From: Candidatus Bathyarchaeota archaeon
GTDB lineage: Archaea; Thermoproteota; Bathyarchaeia; TCS64
Length of the DNA: 64,000 nucleotides
Reading direction: 5' to 3'
NCBI GenBank assembly: GCA_963769425.1
Contig: CAVYLP010000004.1
Coordinates: 256,001-320,000, forward strand
Shown here: in pieces, positions 48,651 through 59,709 of the stretch
Layout of the letters: each line of letters starts with the position of its first letter
Numbering within the stretch: position 1 is the first letter of the stretch
Position numbers and translations under genes: made by a program
Notes under the pieces: generated by a model
The model's input: only the letters and a program-made list of their open reading frames with translations
What the model was told of the DNA's origin: nothing
The model's database searches: none

Positions 48651-49598
48651 CTAATACTTCGTTAGGTCAACGCCTATCCTCTTCGATATCTTCTCGAGGT
48701 CGTTGAGGATGTAGACGAAGGCGTGGCCCGTCCACCGCCCCCACCTCTCCGCGGCGAGCCTCTGAATCTCGGGGATTACACCACGCGGGTCTTCGGGCTC
48801 CACGCCTTTGAGGAGGACGCTGAATATCTTCGCGCTCCAGACATCGACACTGAAGCCCCTCTCGGAGACGACGATGGCTGCCGAATAAGGGCCGACGCCT
48901 CGCAGCTCCATGAGCCTCTCCCGCGCCTCCTCGGCGGTGAGCCTCGACAACTCGTCCATGTCGGGGAACCCGGCCTCGATGGATTCGGCTATGGAGACGA
49001 GGTTCTTCGCCCTGTACCCGAGCTTCGCCCTACTCATGAGCTCCGCGACAGGCGTCGAGGCTATTCTCTTCGGCGAGGGCCAGTACCTGACCCTCCTCCC
49101 GTCGAACTCCGCGTCATCTCCGTAAAGCTCTCTTACAGAGTCCATCATCTGGTTGCTCCTCTTCATGGGGGCCATCTGGAGGGTGACGGCGAGGATGAGG
49201 GCGGGGAAGAGGTCGGGCCACCAGAGTATGCGCATTCCCCTGAGGTCCCTCACCACGGGGGCGAGTATGTTGTCCCTCCCCGCCATTTCGTAGAAGGGGC
49301 GGAGGTCCTCCCCCGTCCTTAGGGAGCGCCTCATCATCCCCTCGATTATCTGCTTCTCGTCCAAGGTGAGACCCGAGTCGGTGTAGATGGAGCACCCTAT
49401 CCGCGGCTTGGTGAGTGTGCCAAGGTTCCAGAGCTTCACCCCAATGAGTTTACCCCTGAACCGCGTCGCGGTCCTGAGCGTACCTTTCTCATATATCTCG
49501 TCGGGGGTCGCCCACCACCAACCGGCGGGCTTACTCACGGTCAAATCAAAGCTGTACGGGGGAATTGCCCCCATCTCGAACTCGTGAACCCGCCTCAC
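48651..49598 (-). CDS. HhH-GPD DNA glycosylase (AlkA/Ogg-like)
   Basis: LGYRAK, LRGVGPYSA and VDVW motifs. Confidence 0.85.
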   Translation of the reverse strand: MRRVHEFEMGAIPPYSFDLTVSKPAGWWWATPDEIYEKGTLRTATRFRGKLIGVKLWNLGTLTKPRIGCSIYTDSGLTLDEKQIIEGMMRRSLRTGEDLRPFYEMAGRDNILAPVVRDLRGMRILWWPDLFPALILAVTLQMAPMKRSNQMMDSVRELYGDDAEFDGRRVRYWPSPKRIASTPVAELMSRAKLGYRAKNLVSIAESIEAGFPDMDELSRLTAEEARERLMELRGVGPYSAAIVVSERGFSVDVWSAKIFSVLLKGVEPEDPRGVIPEIQRLAAERWGRWTGHAFVYILNDLEKISKRIGVDLTKY

Positions 49599-49609
49599 CT
49601 CTAGCCGCC

Positions 49610-50311
49610 CTACCTCTTCCTGACCCTCGCGTTCGTCAGGTTGATTGCCTTCGTCACCTTGATGCCCTTCGGGCAGACTTGTGTACACTTGAAGTAGTTT
49701 CTGCAGGCAACAGAACCGTGGGGTGCCGCGGCAACTTCGAGCCAAGCTTCGACGTCATTCGTCCGGGTGTCGAAGATGTATCGTTGGAGAAGGAGGGCTG
49801 CAGAGGGTCCTATGTACTCGGGGTCATCGCGTAGGTTAACGGGGCAGGACGCGGTGCAGCACCCACATTGGATACACTTTATCGCGTCCTCTATTGCCCG
49901 CCTCTCGGACTCTGCCTGCCTCGCCTCCTCCACAGCCTCGGCGGGGTCCATCCTATCCCAACCCTCAGGGTGGACCGCTTTCATCCTAGCGAAGAAGGGG
50001 ACGAGATCCACAACGAGGTCCTTGACTACACGGAAAAAGGAGAGAGGCTCGACCACTATCTCGGGGCCCTCGAACTCCCCCACGAGCCTCTGACAGGCGA
50101 GGCCGGCGACTCCATTCATCGTGACGCCGTCTGAGCCACAGAATCCCATGCCCGCAGCTCATCCTGTAGGAGAGGGTCGGGTCGACGCCCCAGCGTACTC
50201 TGTTGAGACACTCAAGCACACGCATCCTCGGCGTTGTCTCCAGTTCGTATGTGTCGTAGTGGGGCTCCTCGTCAGTCGCGGGGTCGTATCTAAATACCTT
50301 GAATCTCGTGG
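49610..50311 (-). CDS. sdhB: Succinate dehydrogenase/fumarate reductase Fe-S subunit (frameshift near 50143)
   Basis: FRYDP...SCGHGI/CGSDG, CIQCGCCTASCP and C-x5-C-x3-CP motifs. Confidence 0.85.
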
Positions 50312-52033
50312 CTAGAACCCCCTCGGCTTCGGCTGGAACGTCGTAACGGAGACGGGTTTCCAGCCTATGGTCATGACTCCATCCTCCCTCCCGCAGATTG
50401 TGTGCTTCAGGTAGTTTGCATCGTCCCTCTCCGGGTGGTCGCTCCGGTAGTGGGCCCCCCTGCTCTCCTTCCTCGCCATCGCGGAGGCTACGACTACCTC
50501 GGAGACCGTCAGCATGTTGCCGAGTTCCAGGGCGTCCTCCAGCTCGCAGTTGAGGCGTCTCCCCCTGTTGTGGAGACCTATTTCAGAGAACCTGTTCCTT
50601 AGATCCGCTAAGACTCCTGCCGCTTCCCCAAGTACCTGTTCGCTCCTGAACGCGCTGCACTTCGAAGTCATCGTACTCTGTAGCTCCTCTCGTAGCTTCG
50701 CCACGTCCTCGGGGCCTGCTGAGTTGAGGAGATGGTCGATCTTGTCATGGATCATCTTCTCTGTGTCCTCGGTGGGCTCAACAAGGTCAGCTTTGCCACA
50801 AAACGCTGAGATTGCGTCGCCCGCCCTACTACCGAAGACTACGAGATCGAGAAGCGAGTTACACCCGAGCCTATTTGCCCCGTGGACGCTGATGCAGGCG
50901 CACTCCCCCGCCGCGAAGAGCCCCTGGATAGGGTTCAGGCCGTCGCTAAGAGCCTTTGCGTTGAGGTCGGTAGGTACTCCCCCCATAAAGTAGTGGCAAG
51001 TGGGGGAGACCGGAATAGCCTCGGTCACGGGGTCTATCCCCATGTACTTCCTAGCCATCTCCGTTATCTCCTGTAGATCCTCCTCGAGGATCCCACGGGA
51101 GATGCTGGTCAGGTCAAGGTTGACGTAGTTCTTGCCATCTACACCTCTCCCCTCACTGATCTCGGTTAATATTGCCCGTGAGACGACGTCCCTCGGGGCG
51201 AGGTCTCCAAGGGTCGGCGCGTACTTTTTCATGAATGCCTCCCCTGAAGCGTTCCTGAGGACACCCCCCTCGCCGCGGGCCGCCTCGGTTATCAGGAACC
51301 CTATCCCATGGAGACCGGTGGGGTGGAACTGGACGAACTCCATGTCCTCTAATGCGATGCCAGCGTCGAAGGCGAGTGCGAAGCCATCCCCCGTCGAGGC
51401 GGAGCCGTTCGAGGTTGTCCCGTAGACCTTACCTGAGCCTCCCGTCGCGAGGAGAACGGCCTTAGAACCGAATATCATGGGATCACCCGTAGCGAGGCTG
51501 TAGCCGCCTACACCACGACATGCCCCACCGTCCATCAAGAGGTTAGTGATGAACACCTCGTCGTAGAAAGTGACACCCCGGCTCAGACACCTCTCGTATA
51601 GGGTGTTCATTATGACCCTCCCCGTCCTGTCAGAGGCGAAGCAGGCCCGCTTCACGGGGCCCTCACCATAATCGTGGGTGTGTCCCCCGAACCGCCTCTG
51701 CTCAATCTTCCCCTCAGGGTTCCTCGTGAAGGGAACACCCATCCGCTCGAGGTTGATCACAGCGCTCGACGCCTCCCTCGTGAGAACCTCGGCGGCATCC
51801 TGGTCGACAAGATAGTCGCCACCCTTGACTGTATCGTACATGTGCCAGCGCCACTCGTCCCTGTCTTCGTTGCTGAGGGCCGCAGCTATCCCGCCCTGGG
51901 CGGAGGCGGAGTGGCTCCTCATCGGGTGGACCTTGCTGATGACGGCTACGTCGCAACTTGGAGAGGCGTGGAGCGCGGCGGTTAGGCCCGCTATTCCTCC
52001 TCCGACTACCACCGCGTCGTGGTGTAGGATCAT
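50312..52033 (-). CDS. sdhA: Succinate dehydrogenase/fumarate reductase flavoprotein
   Basis: [25 protein letters not shown] and HGANRLG motifs. Confidence 0.93.
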   Translation of the reverse strand: MILHHDAVVVGGGIAGLTAALHASPSCDVAVISKVHPMRSHSASAQGGIAAALSNEDRDEWRWHMYDTVKGGDYLVDQDAAEVLTREASSAVINLERMGVPFTRNPEGKIEQRRFGGHTHDYGEGPVKRACFASDRTGRVIMNTLYERCLSRGVTFYDEVFITNLLMDGGACRGVGGYSLATGDPMIFGSKAVLLATGGSGKVYGTTSNGSASTGDGFALAFDAGIALEDMEFVQFHPTGLHGIGFLITEAARGEGGVLRNASGEAFMKKYAPTLGDLAPRDVVSRAILTEISEGRGVDGKNYVNLDLTSISRGILEEDLQEITEMARKYMGIDPVTEAIPVSPTCHYFMGGVPTDLNAKALSDGLNPIQGLFAAGECACISVHGANRLGCNSLLDLVVFGSRAGDAISAFCGKADLVEPTEDTEKMIHDKIDHLLNSAGPEDVAKLREELQSTMTSKCSAFRSEQVLGEAAGVLADLRNRFSEIGLHNRGRRLNCELEDALELGNMLTVSEVVVASAMARKESRGAHYRSDHPERDDANYLKHTICGREDGVMTIGWKPVSVTTFQPKPRGF

Positions 52034-53457
52034 GCCTTACCCCGTCCCTTGGGGCCAAGCCGCTGAGAGTTGCCGATGTTAGGCGCCGTCGAACCTTTAG
52101 CGAGTTCAGCCAGTTCCTCCTCCGAGATCAATCCCTCCTTGATAGCCAGTTTCCCCACGGGGACCCCCTTCTCGGCCGCCTCGATGGCGAGTCGGGACGC
52201 GGCCTCGTAACCTAATACCGGTGAGAGGAGGGTTGCGAAGGCGTTGCTGTGCTCGAAGTAGTAACCCGTGGTCCGGGGGTTCGCCTCTACGCTGACGATG
52301 CATCTCTCCCTAAGCGTCTCGACGGCTTTCGCCATCCACGACTGCGCTGAGAGAAGGTTGTAAGCCACCAGCGGGGTGTAGACGTTAAGGTCCAGACTCC
52401 CATGCTGAGCCGCGGCCTCCACGGTCGCCCTAGCCCCGATGGTCTGGAGACAGGTCATGTTCACGCACTCGATGATGCTCGGGTTAACCTTCCCCGGCAT
52501 TATGCTCGACCCCGGCTCCACAGCTGGGAGGGTCATCTCCCCGAGCCCAGTGGCTGGGCCGGAGCTTAGGAGCATGAGGTCGTTTCCGACTTTTATGAGG
52601 GTGGTGGCGAGGACGCCGAGGGCGTTCATGTAGCTGAGGAAGTCGGATGTGAACTGGAGTCCGTAGGCGGAATCTTCTAGTGGTGTAAGGTCGAGACCCG
52701 TGATCTCCCCCAGACTCCTGATTACACGTTCCTTGTACTTCGGGTGGGTATCGACGCCCGTGCCAACAGCAGTGCCGCCGAGCGGTAATCTGCTCAACTT
52801 CTCCTCGGCTTTCTCGATCTCAGAACGCGCTTCACCCACCGCGACGGCGTATGTGTGGAACTCCTGCCCGAGGGTCACAGGTACGGCGTCCCTCAGGTGC
52901 GTCCTCCCGCTCTTCAGAACGTCCCTGAACTCGACCGCCTTAGCCCCGAGGCTGAATTCGAGGTCCCCGAGAGTGGACACCAGTTCCCTGCTTCGCCTAA
53001 CCGCGGCAACTCGAATGGCGGTGGGGATGACGTCGTTTGACGACTGCGACATGTTGACGTGATCGTTCGGGTGAATGGGGAAGTAGGAGCCGAGGGGGTG
53101 GCCGAGGAGCTCGTTCGTCCTGTTGGCTATGACCTCATTGACGTTCATGTTCCACGGCGTCCCAGCCCCCGCCTGGAAGACGTCGAGGAGGAACTCCCCG
53201 ACGAACTTCCCAGCGATTACCTCGTCGGCGGCCCTGGCGATGGCGTCCGCGAGGTCCGCGTCGAGCAGGCCAAGCTCCGCGTTCACCAACGCGGCTGCCT
53301 TCTTCACCTCCGCCACTGCCCGGATGAAGTCATCTCCGATAGTCTGCCCCGAGATCCGGAAGTTCCTGAGCGCCCTAGCAGTAAATGAGCCGTAGTAGGC
53401 AGAGGCGGGGACCTCGACCTCCCCTAAGAAGTCCCTCTCGACACGTTTTTCTGACAC
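52030..53457 (-). CDS. Class II fumarate hydratase / aspartate ammonia-lyase
   Basis: [18 protein letters not shown] and [11 protein letters not shown] motifs. Confidence 0.9.
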   Translation of the reverse strand: MSEKRVERDFLGEVEVPASAYYGSFTARALRNFRISGQTIGDDFIRAVAEVKKAAALVNAELGLLDADLADAIARAADEVIAGKFVGEFLLDVFQAGAGTPWNMNVNEVIANRTNELLGHPLGSYFPIHPNDHVNMSQSSNDVIPTAIRVAAVRRSRELVSTLGDLEFSLGAKAVEFRDVLKSGRTHLRDAVPVTLGQEFHTYAVAVGEARSEIEKAEEKLSRLPLGGTAVGTGVDTHPKYKERVIRSLGEITGLDLTPLEDSAYGLQFTSDFLSYMNALGVLATTLIKVGNDLMLLSSGPATGLGEMTLPAVEPGSSIMPGKVNPSIIECVNMTCLQTIGARATVEAAAQHGSLDLNVYTPLVAYNLLSAQSWMAKAVETLRERCIVSVEANPRTTGYYFEHSNAFATLLSPVLGYEAASRLAIEAAEKGVPVGKLAIKEGLISEEELAELAKGSTAPNIGNSQRLGPKGRGKA

Positions 53458-53516
53458 GTGTAGATGGGGAGGAAGGGCTGTTTTTAAACGAGGTAATGAA
53501 CGAGGGAAATGGTGAG

Positions 53517-53909
53517 TCACTCGACCACGGGTCGGAACTTGTACCCGTACTGGATTAGCCCCGCCTGCCCGTCCTCGGTGACCTTGCGGAAGGTGTACTC
53601 GACCTTCAACCCAGTCTTTACTGCCTCCGACTCGATGTCAACAAGCTGGCTCAGTATCTGGACCCCGTCGTCCAGCTCAATGAGGGCGACGACATAGGGT
53701 GTGAACCGCTCGTAGCCGAGGGGCGCGTTCCTGATGACGGTCCAGCTCTTGACCTTCCCCGTCTCGGCGAGCTTGTATGGCTTGAACTCGGTGCCGCCGC
53801 AGCTGCAGACGGGCGTCTTAGGGTAGTGCTTAGCGCCGCACTTAGCACACTCCTCGCCCATGAGCCTGTATCGGGGTTTCTCCTCTCGCCAGTATCTTGG
53901 TACGCTCAT
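53517..53909 (-). CDS. DUF35 Zn-ribbon/OB-fold scaffold protein
   Basis: CAKC...C-x-C and YGYKF; downstream of the thiolase. Confidence 0.92.
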   Translation of the reverse strand: MSVPRYWREEKPRYRLMGEECAKCGAKHYPKTPVCSCGGTEFKPYKLAETGKVKSWTVIRNAPLGYERFTPYVVALIELDDGVQILSQLVDIESEAVKTGLKVEYTFRKVTEDGQAGLIQYGYKFRPVVE

Positions 53910-53911
53910 CC

Positions 53912-55054
53912 TTAGACCCTCCTGAGGATGGCAACTGAGCAGGTGGAGCCCACTCCCGCCATGCTCTGGGCCATCCCTATCTTCGCGTCGGGGACCTGAT
54001 TCGCCCCCGCCTTACCGCGGAGCTGAATCACGGTCTCCGCTATCTGGTAGAGCCCCGTAGCCCCTATCGGGTTGCCGCGGGCCTTGAGTCCGCCGAAGTT
54101 GTTTGTCGGCATCTCACCCGTTCGAGTCGTATATCCCTGGGCGACGAGCTTCGCGCCCTTTCCCTTCTCGGCGAAGCCGAGATCCTCGAGGCTCAGGACG
54201 CCATCAATGGTCGTGTCATCGGTGACCTCCAGCACGTCGATGTCCTTGGGCTTGACCTTGGCGATATCGTATGCCTTTGCACCAGCCTTCTTGACGGCTT
54301 CCAGGGTGAGTGGATTCTTGCGGCATGCGAGGGATAGGTGGTCGGTGGCGACTGTTGAGGCTGCCACCTCGATTCCATTGGTAATCTTATCCGCCGGTCC
54401 GAGGAGCACCGCCGCCGCGCCATCCGCGACCGCCGCGCACTCCATCATCCTGATTGGGTCCGCCTCCATCGGGCTCGTCATCACGCGCTCTATGCTGAGC
54501 TTGAAGGGAAACTGGGCGTGGGCGACACCGACAGCGTTATCGTGGCTTCGGGCCGCGAACCAGCCTATCTCCTCGGGCGTCGCGCCGTACTCGTGGCTGT
54601 AGAGCCTGTGGAGTATCGCGGAGAGACCCGTCTTGGTGACGCCGGTGTAGGCAGTGTACTCCTGCTCCTCCGCCCCCACAAGTGCTGTGGTGACGGCCTC
54701 GGGTAGGAGGTCACTCATCTTCTCGACTCCGCCGACGAGTACCCAGTCACTGAGCTCGGAGGCGACGGCCTTGACGCCCTCGTTGAAGGCGACTCCGCCG
54801 CTCGCCTGCCCCGCCTCGATCCTGACCGCGGGTAGGCCGGGCCTGCCAATGGCCTCCGCCATCATGGCGCCCATTCCGATCTGCCCCTGCAGGTGTGCAC
54901 CCATCATGTTGGCGACGTAGAGCTGGTCGACCTCGGTGTGCGCCGCGTCCTTCAACGCGCCTAGGGCGGCCTCAGCAAAGAGTTCCTTTATGTTCCTCTC
55001 CCAGGGCTCGCCGACCTTCGTGAATCCTATTCCGGCTATCGCTACCTTCCTCAT
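53912..55054 (-). CDS. Acetoacetyl-CoA thiolase (archaeal mevalonate complex)
   Basis: GGVEKM, DGAAA and GGLKARG-x-PIGATG; in the HMGS-thiolase-DUF35 triad. Confidence 0.88.
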   Translation of the reverse strand: MRKVAIAGIGFTKVGEPWERNIKELFAEAALGALKDAAHTEVDQLYVANMMGAHLQGQIGMGAMMAEAIGRPGLPAVRIEAGQASGGVAFNEGVKAVASELSDWVLVGGVEKMSDLLPEAVTTALVGAEEQEYTAYTGVTKTGLSAILHRLYSHEYGATPEEIGWFAARSHDNAVGVAHAQFPFKLSIERVMTSPMEADPIRMMECAAVADGAAAVLLGPADKITNGIEVAASTVATDHLSLACRKNPLTLEAVKKAGAKAYDIAKVKPKDIDVLEVTDDTTIDGVLSLEDLGFAEKGKGAKLVAQGYTTRTGEMPTNNFGGLKARGNPIGATGLYQIAETVIQLRGKAGANQVPDAKIGMAQSMAGVGSTCSVAILRRV

Positions 55055-56085
55055 GCTATGATCTGCCCCCTGTGGCGGAGGTAGGTCGCGTAGTCGACGT
55101 ACCTCTTCCTGTCTATGTAGTTCTTGACCTTGGGTCCGCCGCGGCGGTGCTTTATGGGCTCCCTGACCTTCCAGACGAAGGCGTCGCTGCCGGAGCCGCT
55201 ACCATAACTGACCATGAATATCATATCACCGGGCTCAGCGACGTCGAGCGTCGCGGCGAGTCCCAGTGGGCTACTGCCCGCGTAGGTGTTGCCCACGACG
55301 GGTGAGACGAGGCCCGGGTTGATCTGGTCCATCCCGAACCCAAGCATCTTTGCGACGTTGATGGGGAATTTGGCGTTCGGCTGGTGGAAGACCGCCCACT
55401 TGAAGTCGGTGGCCTTGTACCCCGTCTCCGCGAGGAGCGCCTTCCCCGCGCCGGTGATGTGTTTGAAGTATGCGGGCTCCCCCGTGAACCTATTACCGTG
55501 GCGGGGGTACATCTCCTTCGGCCTACGCCAGAAGTCTGGAGTGTCCGTCACGAAGCTGTATGAGGCTTCGAGTTCGGCGACGCTCTCCTCGGCTGGGCCG
55601 AAGAGGTATGCGGCTCCTCCACATGCTGCCGTGTACTCGAGCGCGTCCGCTGGCTTGCCCTGCGCCGTGTCCGCGCCTATGCCCATGGCGTACTTCTGCA
55701 TCCCGCTGCCGACGAGGCCGATGCAGTTCTGCATCGCTTCGGTGCCCGCCTTGCAGGCGAACTCCATGTCGGCCGTGGAGACACTTGGGGTTGCCCCTAT
55801 GACCTCAGCGACTATGGTACCCGAAGGCTTGACGGCGTAGGGCTTCGACTCGGTGCCGACGTAGACCGCCCCGATCTTCGTGGGGTCGACGCCGGAGCGC
55901 CGAACGGCTTGGCGCGCGCACTCGACCGCTATGGTGACTGTGTCCTCGTCGAGGGCTACGACAGCCTTCTCCTCGACGGGCTCCCCCGAGGTGCTCCACA
56001 TGCGGTTCACCTCAGCGGCCTTGAGCCTGTACATCGGCACGTAGGCGCCGTAGCCCGCTATGCCGACCCTGATTAGAGTCTTCAT
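55051..56085 (-). CDS. Hydroxymethylglutaryl-CoA synthase
   Basis: ESKPYAVKP, FACKAG, DTPDFWRR, HQPN and GNTY motifs. Confidence 0.95.
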   Translation of the reverse strand: MKTLIRVGIAGYGAYVPMYRLKAAEVNRMWSTSGEPVEEKAVVALDEDTVTIAVECARQAVRRSGVDPTKIGAVYVGTESKPYAVKPSGTIVAEVIGATPSVSTADMEFACKAGTEAMQNCIGLVGSGMQKYAMGIGADTAQGKPADALEYTAACGGAAYLFGPAEESVAELEASYSFVTDTPDFWRRPKEMYPRHGNRFTGEPAYFKHITGAGKALLAETGYKATDFKWAVFHQPNAKFPINVAKMLGFGMDQINPGLVSPVVGNTYAGSSPLGLAATLDVAEPGDMIFMVSYGSGSGSDAFVWKVREPIKHRRGGPKVKNYIDRKRYVDYATYLRHRGQIIA

Positions 56086-56176
56086 GTCTATCCCTATCCC
56101 GGAAACTAGGAGTAGGTTGACAGGTTTCTATTTAAGCGAATCGACATGGATCGAATAGGGAATCGACAGGAGACGA

Positions 56177-57046
56177 TTACCGCTTAAGGTAGACGTCCCT
56201 GACGGCCCCAAGCGACTTTATGTTCGCCTTCAGCGAGTAAGGCCGCTCGAAATGGCAGACAAACCCCTCCCAAGGGTCACCGACGACTTCGTAGCCGCTT
56301 ATCTGCCCGACGCCGAGTTGCGCCGTGTTCGCCACATGCCTGATCTCCTCGGGCTTGAAGCCCATCAACCGTACGCAGAAGCTGTCGACGGCGACGACGT
56401 CGGAGCCAGCGACGACGACGCCCATCCTCCTGGGGTTGCCCACTACGGGGCCGTTCCCCTCCATGCAGGTGAGGCCGTCGACTATCGTCATGTCTGTCCT
56501 GATCGTCTTCGCGAGGAAGGGGAGGACCTCGTCGAGTTTCTTATGTAGGCGGCTCTTCTTCGCCTCCTGGAAGCAGCCGTAGAGGTTCTTGATGCCGAGG
56601 GTGACGGTGGTGTGGGCGCAGGTCTTCATCTTGGCGAGGTTTAGCACGCAGTCGGCGACCGTCATCGTCTTCGGGATCATTATCTCTGTGCCGGCGACGA
56701 CGTAGGGTGTGCAGTCGTCTGTGCTGAGGTTGAGGAACGGTACCTTCCACTCCTCGAGCTTCGCCATGAGCCCCGACTCCTTCACACGTGTGTCCGCGGT
56801 GTCGGCGATGTTGTCCGACTCGACTATCAGGGGCTCGCAGCTCTTCTCTCGGACCATCTTCACCGCTGCCTCGACTATGGCGAAGTCGGTGAGGACCATG
56901 CCCTGCGGGTTCTTCGAGTTGCAGACGTTTGGCTTGATGACTACCTTCATCCCGGGCTTGATCTGTAGGCCACCGGCGAGGTTGACCGCCCTCCTGACGG
57001 CTGCCTGCGTGTCGTCCCCTGCTTTCACGAGGGAAACCTTGGCCAT
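56177..57046 (-). CDS. DUF362 domain protein
   Basis: VIKPN, KMKT, GIKNLYG, EGNGP and DVVAVD motifs. Confidence 0.85.
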   Translation of the reverse strand: MAKVSLVKAGDDTQAAVRRAVNLAGGLQIKPGMKVVIKPNVCNSKNPQGMVLTDFAIVEAAVKMVREKSCEPLIVESDNIADTADTRVKESGLMAKLEEWKVPFLNLSTDDCTPYVVAGTEIMIPKTMTVADCVLNLAKMKTCAHTTVTLGIKNLYGCFQEAKKSRLHKKLDEVLPFLAKTIRTDMTIVDGLTCMEGNGPVVGNPRRMGVVVAGSDVVAVDSFCVRLMGFKPEEIRHVANTAQLGVGQISGYEVVGDPWEGFVCHFERPYSLKANIKSLGAVRDVYLKR

Positions 57047-58038
57047 TAGCCCACCTTCCCGACTGGCAGCTTATCCCCCATCTCGTTCATCACCCTGAGC
57101 ATCGCTATCTCGTCGTCTATGGTGATCCGCGGCTCGCCACCCCTGTGGACGAGCTGCTCGAGGTGCCTGTACTGCTCGGGGAAGCTGGGGTGCTTGAACT
57201 GGAGCATATCTAGGTACCAGCCGGCGCCACGCTCGCTGGTCTTCTTCTTACCCGCCTCGTTTTCGAGTGTGTAGCTGTAGGGGTTTGTGGCGAAGTCGCT
57301 CCTGAGTGTGCCCTTCTCACCCTCTATGTAGACGGCGAAGGTGGGAATGGTGCGCGTCCAGCTCGCAGTGCAGTCGAGTTCAACGCCCTGCTCCGTCTCG
57401 ACCGTGGCGTGGAGGTTGTCGCAGACATCATACTTCTTGCAGGCACCGGAAACCTCTTTGACCTTCCTCGGCTTCCCCGCGACTATGCCAGCGACGCTGA
57501 GTATGTGCGGCATCACGTCCTCGACTATGCCGCGCGGGTCCTTCGTGCGGAAGTCGGTCTTTGAGCCGTACATGCCGAGGTTGTTCTCGAAGTTGAGTTT
57601 CACACGCTTGACGACGCCGATGGCTCCCTGCTTGACCTTCTCCTCCATCCTGTAGAGGGCGGGGGTGTACACGTAGTTGTGGGCGGGGAGGACGACGAGG
57701 CTACCCTTCGCCTCCTTGATCCTCGCGCAGCCCTCCACCGTCTGGGCGAGGGGCTTCTCGCAGAGCACATGTTTCCCCGCCTTGAGTGACTGCAGGGTCA
57801 TCTCCTCGTGGAAGCGGGGCGGCGTGTTGATAGCGACAGCCTCCACCTCCGGCTTCGCGAGCATCTCCAAGTAGTCGCCGCAGGCGTGGCCGACCCCCGT
57901 CGCGCCCTTGACCTCGGCGAGTTGCTCGCCACTCTTATCCGAGATGCTCACAAGCTCCACGACGCCCGAGGCCTCTATGGCCTTGAGGTGGAACATCGTG
58001 GTGACCCTTCCGCAACCGATTATACCGAGGCGGAGCAT
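57046..58038 (-). CDS. Gfo/Idh/MocA oxidoreductase
   Basis: GIIGCG and AGKHVLCEKP motifs. Confidence 0.9.
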   Translation of the reverse strand: MLRLGIIGCGRVTTMFHLKAIEASGVVELVSISDKSGEQLAEVKGATGVGHACGDYLEMLAKPEVEAVAINTPPRFHEEMTLQSLKAGKHVLCEKPLAQTVEGCARIKEAKGSLVVLPAHNYVYTPALYRMEEKVKQGAIGVVKRVKLNFENNLGMYGSKTDFRTKDPRGIVEDVMPHILSVAGIVAGKPRKVKEVSGACKKYDVCDNLHATVETEQGVELDCTASWTRTIPTFAVYIEGEKGTLRSDFATNPYSYTLENEAGKKKTSERGAGWYLDMLQFKHPSFPEQYRHLEQLVHRGGEPRITIDDEIAMLRVMNEMGDKLPVGKVG

Positions 58039-58164
58039 GTCTGGGGAAATACCCTTACCCGGGTTAAATAGTTGCTACTTGATGGGGTATTTTAATAGGA
58101 ACTTGTACTTGCAGCTTCTGCTGCCTCAACCCATAAATAATGTTGCGCCCCCTCCACGCCTGAG

Positions 58165-58614
58165 TTGGAGCCCACCATACGACTCGTGGCAGCAGCGGAT
58201 CTCAGTACCATCCACAGGATCGAGGTGGGTAGCTACCCCGACCCGTGGCCGCGCTCCATCTTCTACCTCATGCGAGGGCGTGCCCCTGACCTCTTTATAG
58301 TAGCTGAAGCCGAAGGTGAGGTCGTCGCCTACTCGATCGGGGAGATGGAGTGGATGCACGGCGTTAAGGTGGGCCACGTCATGAACATAGCCGTAGCCGA
58401 GGCTTGGAGGCGCAGGGGGATAGCGGGGAGGCTACTCAACGAGCTCGAGGGCAGGTTCACGGAGCGCGGGGCCGAGTACTCCTACCTAGAGGTGAGGGTG
58501 GGCAACGAGGAAGCCCAGCGCCTCTACAGGAAGAGGGGTTACCGGGACCTCGGTATCCTCCCCCGCTACTACAAGGACGAGGACGGCATCGCTATGGAGA
58601 AGCCCCTCGGCTAA
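58165..58614 (+). CDS. rimI: RimI/Ard1-type N-acetyltransferase
   Basis: NIAV...RRRGIA, LEVRVGN and YY-x-DEDG motifs. Confidence 0.85.
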   Translation: MEPTIRLVAAADLSTIHRIEVGSYPDPWPRSIFYLMRGRAPDLFIVAEAEGEVVAYSIGEMEWMHGVKVGHVMNIAVAEAWRRRGIAGRLLNELEGRFTERGAEYSYLEVRVGNEEAQRLYRKRGYRDLGILPRYYKDEDGIAMEKPLG

Positions 58615-58663
58615 ACGTTACACTTCTATACCTGTGCCCGCCCCTCACTCCGTAGGTGGAACC

Positions 58664-59704
58664 ATGGGTGAGATACGTGTCGCCGTCGCCGGCACAGGAA
58701 ACCTCTGCTCAAGCCTAGTACAGGGAACACACTTCTACGCCAAGGCGAAGGAGCCACTCGGGCTCCTCCACCCAGAACTCGGCGGCTACAAGCCTTCGGA
58801 CGTGAAGTACGTCGCCGCATTCGACATAAGCGACGTGAAGGTTGGCAAGGACCTCAGCGAGGCCATATTCGCGAAGCCGAACAACGCCCCGAAGGTGGCC
58901 GACGTCCCGAAGCTGGGCGTAACGGTGAAGATGGGACCCGCCCCGGACCTCGTCGAGGAGGGCACCCTCAGCAGCATAAAGCGCGCCAAGGCGGAGGCCG
59001 TCGACGTCGCCGCCGAGCTGAAGAAGGCGAAGGCGGATATGCTCATCAACATGGTCTCCGGTGGCAGCGACAAGGCGTCCGCCCTCTATGCGAAGGCGGC
59101 CATCGATGCAGGCTGCGCTTACCTCAACGCGACCCCGTCGCCTATCGCAGGTGACGCGGCGCTCATCAAGAAGTTCACGGCAGCAAAGCTCCCGGTGGCT
59201 GGAGATGACCTGCTGGATCAGGTCGGGGCCACGGCGATCCACATCGGCATCCTGGAGTTCCTCCACAGCCGCGGCGCACACATAGACGAGAGCTACCAGC
59301 TCGACGTCGGGGGCGGCGCGGAGTCGATCAGCACGCTGGAGAAGACGAAGGACACGAAGAGGAGCATAAAGACGGCGGCAGTCACGGGGCACGTCCCATA
59401 CAAGTTCCCGCTCGTCTCCGGCTCCACCGACTTCGTCGACTTCCTCGGCAACGGGCGTGACAGCTTCTTCTGGGTCAAGGGGCGCTACTTCGGTGGCGTG
59501 CCCTTCACTATGGACCTGAAGCTGAGCAGCGAGGACGCCCCCAACGGGGGCTCAATCCTCCTCGACGCGATCAGGGGGATGAAGGTCGCCAAGGATAAGG
59601 GCTTGAAAGGGCTCGTGGCCCCGATCTGCGGCTACGCCTTCAAGAGGGCGGAGCGCACCAGCCTCGCCACCGCGTACAAGTCCTTCAGGGACCTCACAGG
59701 GTAG
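58664..59704 (+). CDS. myo-inositol-1-phosphate synthase family protein
   Basis: GNLCSSLVQG, KVGKDLSEAIF, GDD-x2-DQVGAT and DAPN motifs. Confidence 0.85.
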   Translation: MGEIRVAVAGTGNLCSSLVQGTHFYAKAKEPLGLLHPELGGYKPSDVKYVAAFDISDVKVGKDLSEAIFAKPNNAPKVADVPKLGVTVKMGPAPDLVEEGTLSSIKRAKAEAVDVAAELKKAKADMLINMVSGGSDKASALYAKAAIDAGCAYLNATPSPIAGDAALIKKFTAAKLPVAGDDLLDQVGATAIHIGILEFLHSRGAHIDESYQLDVGGGAESISTLEKTKDTKRSIKTAAVTGHVPYKFPLVSGSTDFVDFLGNGRDSFFWVKGRYFGGVPFTMDLKLSSEDAPNGGSILLDAIRGMKVAKDKGLKGLVAPICGYAFKRAERTSLATAYKSFRDLTG

Positions 59705-59709
59705 CCGCC

